DNA of 44,980 nt, taken from Blastocystis sp. subtype 4. Taxonomy: Eukaryota. A program made the position numbers and the translations under genes. This document shows positions 35,796 through 44,980 of the stretch, piece after piece. Position 1 is the stretch's first letter, and each line of letters starts with the position of its first letter. The notes beneath the pieces were generated by a model, which saw only the letters and a list, made by a program, of their open reading frames with translations, ran no database searches and was not told where the DNA came from. The stretch spans positions 1 through 44,980 of the forward strand of contig NW_014569494.1 in NCBI RefSeq assembly GCF_000743755.1, given 5' to 3'.

Positions 35796-38068
35796 AAAGA
35801 GGGAATAGTGAATGCACATAATTCTTAGAACAGATGGGAAATCTCGAATAGAAATTGTACTTTTGGTTTAGTTCTCTCTGGAACTGCCGATAAGCACGTA
35901 ACATAGGAGCAGTCCTTCTAACATACTTCTTTCTGAATGAAGAGCTACATAAAAGAAAAATACTACGAAATACTCTGGATGGGGAAGGTCCATCGCAAAA
36001 GCATGATTTAAGATGTAAAACTTGAAGTTTGCTGCTCGGAGATGTTCAATCAACTGAACTTTGTTATATCCATAGTCTACAAATCTTTCATCAAAGAGAG
36101 GTGTGCCGCTCGAATAGGGAAGAAGAACATAGCTGAACATCATCACCACACTTAATCAATACGGTTCTTGGAAGTCAAGCACAAAACACGATAACTGAGA
36201 GACAGTGGATTGTGGATCCATGTTGAACCAATCTGGCAATACATAGATCTGTAGATCAATTCCTCATCCCATTCAAACATGTGTACGTAACCACTTCTTT
36301 CGCATCATACATAGCTTATTATCAAGACATGTAACCAAATCACTTTTATTTTGAGGCATCATATCCAAACCCCTAACTATCAGAAATCGATATGCATCGT
36401 ACATCAACATGCAATTGGACAATGAACCACAATATTTGAGTAATTTCTTCCTTGCAAAGAAGAACAACGGCAAAAGTACCGTACTGGTTTTACTTGAAGT
36501 TATAGACTTGGGGAGTTTCATCACTTCGGAATATGTATTCCCTAGATTGAAAAGAGTATTACAAACATACGACTAAGAACAAGGTCCATATCCAACATCA
36601 TAAAATGTGTGGTTTGGATATTTCTAATACCAAGATTCCTCAGTTTGTTAATGGGGAATGAACTAGAATCTAATGTATAGATAATTGTAGTAATTCGTGA
36701 AGAAAGGTAAAGAGAACCCAATTCACGAAGTAATGACCGTCGATCTGATAGGGTTGTTGTGATGACAAATACATAGTACCCTGGCCATCGAGACAAGATT
36801 TGAGGGAGAATAAATAAACGATTTGAACTAGAATGAAACAAAAGTGAAATAAATACGATGTTACAGATACAATAGTCACATTGAATGGAAGATTAGGATC
36901 AGGATAAACAGCTAGGAATAAGGAAATGCAAAAAAATATCACCATTTCCGTTTGTAAAAATATTAAATACTTCAGTGTTACCTATAAACTTCCTGATGTG
37001 TTTCCCAGTGTCAGGGATCATAATTGGATTCTTCCGTTTGCAACCATCACATTCTCCCTTGGATGAAATCGATACACCAGCCATAATACCCTCTTTCTGA
37101 CGCTTTAGTACCTGAGGAGGAATAGAATAGACTGGTACATTACTCCCCTTCCTCTTCTCCTCAGTATTTGTTGTTAAGTAGTTTGCATAGAAATCGGCTC
37201 GATAAGGGAACCTCGCAGCAATAGTGGAAATACGGATTCTTTCTACACTCACAATAGTACTAGCCCTTTTGTACATCACATCATCTTTAACATGATCCCA
37301 AGGATAGTCATTTCCAAAACGAATGGACTTCACAGGATAAGGTTGTTGGAATGGTGTAGAAGGAGTGTAATAAGCGATAGGTCTTGCCTTATCCTTTAAA
37401 GGGAGCCGATGAGAATAAGATGTCATAGAAGAAGGATAAGCACTAGAAACACTCTTGGGAGTGATTGGGCTTGTCTTTAGAACAGACAAAGGAGAAGTCA
37501 AATTCGCTTTAGTTTCTGGCTTCAAAGTTGTTAGCGGTTTTGTTGTAGGAACAACAGATTTATCTGAATTCACTTCTGTACCAACCACATTAGGTTTAAC
37601 TGATGCTTTAGGTACAAGTTCAGGAAGAGAAGATGGTTGCAATTTAACTGTAATCCGTTTATCAATTGAAGTAGAGTTCATTGCAAGAGTTGGAACAGCC
37701 ACAGTAAATGATTCAGAAACACTCACTTCCTTTGTAGGAGATACAATCACACTAAGGAGTGGTTGTGGAGTAAGTGACATTGGAGAAACACTATCGTATA
37801 TCACATCCCGGACAGGAAAACGCTGATTCTCTTTCCCTGTATGATTGGATGGAATTTTCACAGAATTGGGAACACCTTCCATGATCCTATAATGCCACTA
37901 TGGTCGCATGACTCCGAAACTCGTACATCATTCGTACTTGTATTGAGATGCAGCTTCACATTCAAACTGAAGTAAAATAAACTATGTTAAATACACGTGA
38001 TTCTCCTACACAATGAGAATGGATAAATAGACAAAATAAAGGATCATATTAAATATAATCGAATACAT
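35796..38068 (-). CDS. GT49 (LARGE/B4GAT1-like) glycosyltransferase with TM and S/T/P-rich stem; UAA probably completed by poly(A)
   Basis: [17 protein letters not shown] (DxD), [30 protein letters not shown]. Start approximate. Confidence 0.85.
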
Positions 38069-38142
38069 CCTACAATGGATGAATCGATTAAGGTATATTC
38101 TGTCTCAATTCACTATTCCAGAAAAAGGACTGATTTTATATC

Positions 38143-40046
38143 ATGGAAATAAAGACTGAAACAATGCGATATAATCATATTACTGATTCTGTTTATGCTA
38201 ATATTACTAGAGGGATCGACCGGTACAGTTCAGTCATGTTTATGTGTAATACCCATCTACTTATATCCAAGGGTTAATATTGGATGCATAATCTTATTCA
38301 CAGACAAATGGAAGGATTCTGGGATAACTGGAGTACTTTGTTTGGTTACTTGTCGAAAACTAAAGTCTAATGTGATTCGCATCTATGACGGAGATGTAAC
38401 AATGAGTTCTAGAAATAATCACATGTAGAGCTTCCATCTGCTTTTTGAAATGGAACTGTACGAAGGATTTACCAATCATTGCTCTTTTGGTGCTCGTTAT
38501 CTGTTGGTTCCATTCATCCATTTCTGCTTTTGCTTTCTATTTGAAGATGTTGAAGATTCCCAAGACTGTATTAATGCTGTATGTGTTTTATCTATTGCTT
38601 TTTTATGTAGATTTCCGAAATGGCTTCATACTATTCGGACTATATTCCACAAGTAGAAAAGAAACCGACTACCACAAAGAAAGGTATATTTGATTCTATA
38701 ATCTCGAATGTTCAAGAAGTAACGATTCTTGATGATAATCACAAGTAGTTTCGTTTACTTCAACATAATAGTCGGGAAGTGGTACCGAGTATCCTGAAAT
38801 TGTTACAAATAGGATGGTGTTGAAGGAGAACAGATTTTCGAACTGCTGTACAAGGATTCCATTAACATGGGTGCAATTAAGAAACGTCAAAAACAGTTGA
38901 AAGAGAAAGCTCCACCCACAGGACCACCTGCTTCTACTGTTCCAAAGCCATCTGTACTCTTGCCTCCACCTCTTCCACCAGCGAAACTCCCCTCAAGAAA
39001 ACCTTCAACAGTCGTCACAGCTCCTGTAGTTCCAGCACATACACTTGAGTTATCACCTTTATTGTCCACTTCTATCTCCTCCTCAGAAGAACGGCAACGA
39101 TTACGTAGCGAACTTCCAATTCACTTCAGTTTTGATTGTATAAGTGATGAATCTGATTCACCATTTATCCCACTTTTACCTGATACTCCTTCTGATCATT
39201 CTCTTTCTCCTTCACATGTGGCTAGAAAGGTTGTGGATTCGCTAGAATATTCAGAACCTCGTCAACTCATGACACTCCAATTACCTCCATGTGATTCACA
39301 GGATATGGATGTTGATTCAGTAACCCATCAACGAGATATATTGCGAGAGTCCATTCGTCAACAGAATCTTACGAATCTGTATCTGTTTCATTATCACTAT
39401 CACTAGTAGAATTGGTGAAGATTCTATCCCTGCAGGTCGTTATAACCGAGGGGTGAGTGATGTTAGTGAGGACACAACCACAAAGAATGAAAAAGATTTC
39501 ATTGAGAAGGGGGAAAGAGGTGGCTTCATTGGTACAGTGAAGGATGATTATCCTCAACATGTGGCTGAGATCCGTCAGTACCAACGAGAGCATAATCAGT
39601 GGGACGATTCTCTTGGTGAAGTAATACAAGAAGATGAGGGATCCGTGTTTGTGATAGATGATGCTAATCGAGCTCTTCAGAAATCATCATTCTCACCACC
39701 AACTCGACCCTCATCGTTAACTATTGTTGAAGAAGATTCTGCTCCTGAGGAAGACATGATAGGACGATTCTCAGAAGCTTTACCATCGAAAATAGGACAT
39801 CAGATTAATCGTGCTGCTTATATTGGGAGAAGCAAGGAGTCCATCATGATTATGGAAGATTGTGATGCTTGTGCTGACAATGGGTCTATTAGCTCCCATC
39901 AAACTCCTCATTCAACCTTATTGCCTTCTGTTCTTGCTCATTCATCTCATTCTAATACTCCTCCTCCAGATCGTATCTCTCATTCAAGAAAGATAGGCTC
40001 TTCATCTCTGGATAGTGGTACGTCCGAAGTCTTCTCTTTGAATTAG
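38143..40046 (+). CDS. WH1/EVH1-domain, proline-rich WASP-like protein
   Basis: WH1-like KWKDSGITGVLCLV...IRIYD|..LLFEMELYEGF; degenerate CRIB; poly-Pro; WH2-like RDILRESIRQ. Confidence 0.72.
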
Positions 40047-40080
40047 AATATAGTAATTCTGTTTCTTTAACAAATAATTT

Positions 40081-40941
40081 CTAAAAGAACTCCATTCGAG
40101 ATATGTAGTGAATCATCATTTCTTTCAGAATGTCAGGAGCATCTGCTACACCTTTCTTGATGTTAAATTGACACAGAACATCTAGTGTCAGACTCAATTC
40201 AGTACACACCTACTCTTTCCTGAGGGCCCGAAATACTCAATCAGAGGGGCAGTCTGCTTCTCATATATGCTCAATCGGTTTTCAATCACCTCTCGTTTGT
40301 CATCGCTGCGTTGAACCAGTTTCTCATGACATGAATCACATTCATTCTCCTTTTCAGGAAGTAGCGGAGGGAGATTGAATTCACCGTTAGTTATGCTTGC
40401 AACATTATATGAACGACCACAAGAGGGACAAACCCTACAACTCATTCAACAATCTCAATCATACCTTCTTCCTAGAAGCTTTTCAATCAAGATTTCGCGA
40501 GGAAGATGGAAATACATAACTAAATCGATCGGGAGTGATTTTGCTATATCTTCTGCCTGTGCTACCGTTCGAGGAAATCCATCGAGAATCACGCCTGACT
40601 TGTACGTCGGTTGTGTTAGAATCTTCTTGACTACAGGTAGCACAATATCGTCTGGAACAAGTTCTCCTCTCTCAATATACGTTTTCACGGATTCTCCAAA
40701 AGCGGACTTCGTTGCCATTTCCTTTTTCATATAATCACCAGACCCAAAAGTAGGTAGCTAATGGATTACCACACGATAGCAAGACTACTATCAACAATGG
40801 AGAGAGAATCCGCGAATAAGTACCCTTTCCAGACCCAGGAGCTCCAATAAACAAGATATTCTTTCGCTTAATATCCAAAGCCTGATTCTACATCTCACTT
40901 CAATGAGTGTTATTCCATACAAGATTCTTATAGAAATCCAT
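40081..40941 (-). CDS. ADK: Adenylate kinase with a CxxC/CxxC zinc lid
   Basis: GAPGSGKGT, GELVPD, ILDGFPRT, RVCPSC...CDSC, QRSDD, QTAPL; TAG, 4 nt, TATTTGTT. Confidence 0.95.
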
Positions 40942-41063
40942 CACATCAACTCCTTCCTATTTCATAATCCAATAGAAACACTCCTTACACTCAACTTGTC
41001 TAGCTCTATGCTTAACGCTCTCTCATTGAGCTTGCAAAGAGACGGAAGAATGAATTTTAGTTT

Positions 41064-41079
41064 CGCAACAGCTGTTGCG
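41064..41079. promoter_or_regulatory. 16-bp perfect palindrome in the ADK/MAT1 divergent spacer
   Basis: CGCAACAGCTGTTGCG is self-complementary; regulatory role is only inferred from position. Confidence 0.4.
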
Positions 41080-41170
41080 TTCATAGGTTTGATTTGTTGA
41101 AGCTTTTTCAGAATTCGGCTGCCCCCATTCTTGGGTGCTAGAACCCAATTGATATACTCTTGTTTTCATC

Positions 41171-42036
41171 ATGCAATCTGGAATTGTATGTGATAACTGT
41201 AATAACAAGAGTATCTCCTTATTGGAGAATACCAAGTTCTGGTTAGCTCCTTGTGAACATTGCTTGTAACATTGTCAATTACTTTATTTTTATTCTCATA
41301 GTTGTGAGAAGTGTGTTAGTCGATATATCAACGATGCTTTCGACTTTAAGTGTCCGAAATGCGGAATCCACATCCGAAAGCAGCAGCTTATGGAAGAAAC
41401 AAAGGAAGTATATGAAATGAAGCGTATTAAAGACGCAAGGAAGGAAGTTTACACGAGTTTCGACTCTAGTCTTGTTGACACGCATGATAGTCGTGCAATT
41501 GAAAGTAGTCTCCAACGAGAACGTTTGTGTAAGGACTAGCATTGTTCCCTGATTCTATAGTTGTGATGAAACTCATGGGACAGAAAGATCAGTATCGAGA
41601 AGAGTTTACACGACTTCAGTTACAACATGAGAAAGTTTTAGCTGAGAATGAAGCACGACGAGTATGATGAAGTTGTTTCTTTTGATGTAGGCTGCATACG
41701 AAAGTGATCTAAGAAACAAAATATATGATGAGAAACTTCGGAGGGAAAAGAAACGAGAGGAGTACAATAACCGGAAGGCAGGCAAGATTGGTATCAAAAT
41801 GGATGTATGGGTTCGTCGTTGTATGCTGAAGAATAGGAGGTGAAGAAACGAAAAGAAATATTCTATTCTGCAGCGAATTGTCCTCGGATTCGTCCTCGTG
41901 TATTCGAAGAAGCTGTGATGATGATTGGAATTGTTAATTCTAGGTCCGAAAGAGTGGAAATCCGAGTTCTATGTATTCTATCCTGACTACATATATTTTG
42001 AAGCGAGGAGTCGAAGAATTACAATTGTCACTATAG
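41171..42036 (+). CDS. MNAT1: CAK assembly factor MAT1/Tfb3-like (RING + coiled coil; not in ORF track)
   Basis: CDNC...APCEHC|FCEKC...KCPKCGIHIRK (C3HC4), then E/K/R-rich helices. One internal junction unresolved. Confidence 0.8.
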
Positions 42037-42266
42037 CGAAATGTTTAACTGAAATACGATTGTATTAAGATTTCAGTAGACTGTTCATTCATCATTAATG
42101 CAGAGTATTGCAATGAGATCCATAGAAGATACTTGAGACTGCAAATGGGATAGAAAAGCAATTCTAAAGACAAGGTAACAATCAATACTACCTATTTCTG
42201 GACCACAAATAGGGCCAGTTTACGCCATTCTCTATCTCATTCATTTTCCTAGTCTTATAGGAAAGA

Positions 42267-43524
42267 ATGAGTAGAAATGATGACTTCTTCCTATTTAGTG
42301 GAAATGAACAGTTAGGTTGGATTCAGCAAGAATCTTAACAAAGTAGAAGTAGTCCCAGGAAATGAAAATATGGAATTGAATGAAAGGAGAGAGGAAACGC
42401 CAAATGTGAATTCTATTTCGGTTGACAACCCATCAAGCAAGGAATCCAAGTCACCTCTATTTAAAGAATGTACTAAATTTTGACAAATACTGACTTCTAG
42501 CTCATACACCTACTGTTCTTGAATTCAGTGAATCTGGTTAGTTAATTGTTCATTTTGTTATTTTCAGATTCGGATCATCATGAAAAGACGGAAAGAGCAG
42601 ATGAAAAACAAAAACCTTCAAAAGCAAATCCAAAAGAAATCGTCTTCTTAGATGAAGAAGGAGATTTACCATCGAAGGAAAGTGGATCTGATGATGACGA
42701 GATTGCTATTCCTGAACAAGGGGAGCCATCACTCCAATCAGACTCCGAGAAAGAGGCTATTACTCCAGAGGATGACTTTGAGTTTTCAGGAGATGCGTTT
42801 GATTTAGAAGTGGCAGAGAATTACTTCAATCGTCAGAATGGGACGACTGTGTGCAGAAAGTGTGGTCAGCCAGGCCATAAAGCAGCAGAATGTCCCAATG
42901 TCGTGTCTTTGGATCCTTGTATTCTATGTGCAGAGACAGATCATTTAGCGAAAGACTGTCCAACAAATATTTGCAGACAGTAATCTTTCTGTCTCTTTAT
43001 TCATCCATAGCTGTAACAAGCAGGGTCATAACACAAAGAATTGCCCGGAACATAAGGTTCCTCCTCCTTGCATTTATTGTTCATCTCGACTTCACAAATC
43101 TGATGTGATTGTATTTGTATTGGTTAATTAATAGAATTGTCCAATGATGCCAAAACCATGTGATAAGTCCGTGTTTCAGAATGTACATTGTTTGGTATGT
43201 GGTCAGCGAGGTCACATTATCTGCAAACAGCAACCTCCTCTTCAGGGATCGACATACGGTCGATGTGCTATATGTGGTTCTCGTGGTCATTCCTATAAGA
43301 TGTGTCCCGATCGATATAATCATCGAACTGTTCATTCTGGTGAAGGCAATGGAGCAGGTGCATGTTACATCTGTGGACAGTTTGTAAGTTTGAGATGAGA
43401 AAATGATGGACAGGGACATATTGCTGCGAATTGCATGCATCGGCGCCAGAACAGTAAACGTGAAAAGTCAAGTGATGGTCAGGAAAAGAGTTCAAAGGGA
43501 AGGTCTAAACATATGCGATTCTAA
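42267..43524 (+). CDS. Multi-CCHC zinc-knuckle protein (Air1/ZCCHC7-like)
   Basis: Acidic N-terminus and seven knuckles, e.g. CRKCGQPGHKAAEC, CILCAETDHLAKDC, CLVCGQRGHIIC, CAICGSRGHSYKMC. Start tentative. Confidence 0.8.
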
Positions 43525-43610
43525 TGATTGATTGTTCTCAAACAGTTGAATTGAGAAGAACAGCTAAAGAGAATGGTAAAGGTTCAGGGATTGTTATGCC
43601 ACAAATACAC
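43512..43610. repeat. Partner of the inverted repeat at 1-99
   Basis: Exact reverse complement of 1-99. Confidence 0.95.
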
Positions 43611-44803
43611 TTCTAAACTTCAGTTCTCTTCAAATCAACTCACATCTACTAGAAAGAGATACACCAATACATCCAGAACAGTTATCCGTTCTTTCGTTTC
43701 AATTCCAATCATTTGTAGTCTCATTGTCACTCATTCCATACTCACTTACAATCTGTTCATTTCATTCTTCTTATCCTCTTCCACTTCACTTCCAACACGC
43801 TCAATAATACTTCTTGGGAGATTCCACAATGTTTCCTTTGCTTCCAATTCATTCTCCAACACTTTCACACACTTCTCAATCTTCTCATATGAAATCACCC
43901 ACAATGGATCACACACACCTCTTACTCCTTTCCATTTATGAATCTGAGGAAGTGAACCAATCTCTCTCATATTTAGAACTTGACGAAGTGTCTTAGGAAT
44001 TCGGAAAGGATGTTTCATAGGATGTTGGAGTGATTGGATTGTTACAATGAATTCACTTTCATTCATCAAATCATTCACACACACTTCATTCACAACCTCC
44101 TCTACACTTCTCTCATCATAACAACTCTTCAAATATTCTAGAGCTACTTCACGAGACACCTTCATATCTCCTCCACTCACTTCTGCAAACAAGATTCGAG
44201 AACATAACAACGAAGTGGAATCAACAATACCAATATCACATTCATCATTTCTTGATTGAAGGAGAGAAGCAATAGCTTGATGATCTGAAAGACACACTTC
44301 AAACACACTTCCTTCTTTCACACCTATTGAATACAAACTCGCGTTTCTATCATCAAGAACGACTCCATTTAAGATCAAATGAATCAAGTTATCCTCAACT
44401 TCATAACCCAGTTCACTCTCCAATAACTCAACATTATTCATTTCATTCAATCATACATCTAACGATAAGTATGCAAGATATCCAACAGAATAGAATACAT
44501 AAACACTCAAACTCTTCAACAACCAACCCAATTTCACATATACTTGAATTGATGGTTTTGAATGAATGTATAGAATAGGATTTGGTGATTCAATAGCATC
44601 TGCTAAGTTTGCTTCAGTTCGTAATACTTCACTCTTGAAGAATAGTTCAATACATTTCAATTCGATTCCTGTCAATTTCTACTTCATCAACAAACACTTT
44701 CATACTCTACTGACACTTCTTCTTTCAAAACACGTAACGAGCTGATTTCGTTTCGTTCAAATCGATATTGACTCTTTCCCCAATACAACACTACTGAAGC
44801 CAT
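43549..44803 (-). CDS. Protein with one or two N-terminal ubiquitin-like domains
   Basis: LILNGVVLDDRNASLYSIGVKEGSVFEV (UBL); weaker first repeat LKEEVS|KLTGIELKCIELFFKSEVL; ends at T43549 (poly(A) stop) or TGA 43538-43540. Confidence 0.65.
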
Positions 44804-44882
44804 TCAAACTCAACGATTCTCTGTCAAAACAAACACTCTCAGTCCATCCACCATACTCACAGTATCATATTCATAATACTTC

Positions 44883-44980
<98 letters not shown>

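Noticed and set aside
40960..41542. Minus-strand ORFs 41023-41235 and 41279-41542 as a small gene
   Set aside because: They overlap MAT1 antisense and the ADK/MAT1 spacer; no coherent model.
42840..43440. CCHC knuckles as a retrotransposon gag
   Set aside because: Intron-containing, seven knuckles, and no protease, RT, integrase or LTRs.

Overview
This is eukaryotic nuclear DNA: AT-rich, gene-dense, about 25 protein-coding genes, no RNA genes, CRISPR or recognisable transposon. Almost every gene is split by tiny GT-AG introns (about 26-36 nt, mostly near 30), and most genes end at a TGTTTGTT-like element. Both traits point to the gut stramenopile Blastocystis (subtype not determinable). Gene models are my manual splicing, without RNA evidence. 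Gene order: purH/ATIC, TM-LamG-GH47, SIN1, hypothetical, DUS2, GET4, secreted EEP hydrolase, TRM5, MRO-targeted orphan, CitE-like lyase, SLC26/SulP, UMP1, DDX42-like, fucosyltransferase-like, TatD, Trx-PUB-STI1 protein, WDR61/Ski8, TBC-TLDc, p24/TMED, exportin-5-like, FKBP12, GT49-like, WH1/WASP-like, adenylate kinase, MAT1, Air1-like zinc knuckle, UBL protein, and the 3' end of RPS5. Main signals: (1) up to seven genes appear to have their UAA stop completed by polyadenylation (a lone T, 4 nt, then the motif); this is known for Blastocystis and is mapped here site by site; (2) a 42-nt AT-AC minor-spliceosome intron; (3) a LamG-fused GH47 that has lost several conserved acidic residues; (4) a perfect 99-bp inverted copy of 43512-43610 at positions 1-99; (5) head-to-tail spacers of only 12-24 nt, back-to-back terminators, and palindromes in divergent spacers. 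UMP1, p24, FKBP12 and MAT1 are absent from the ORF track.
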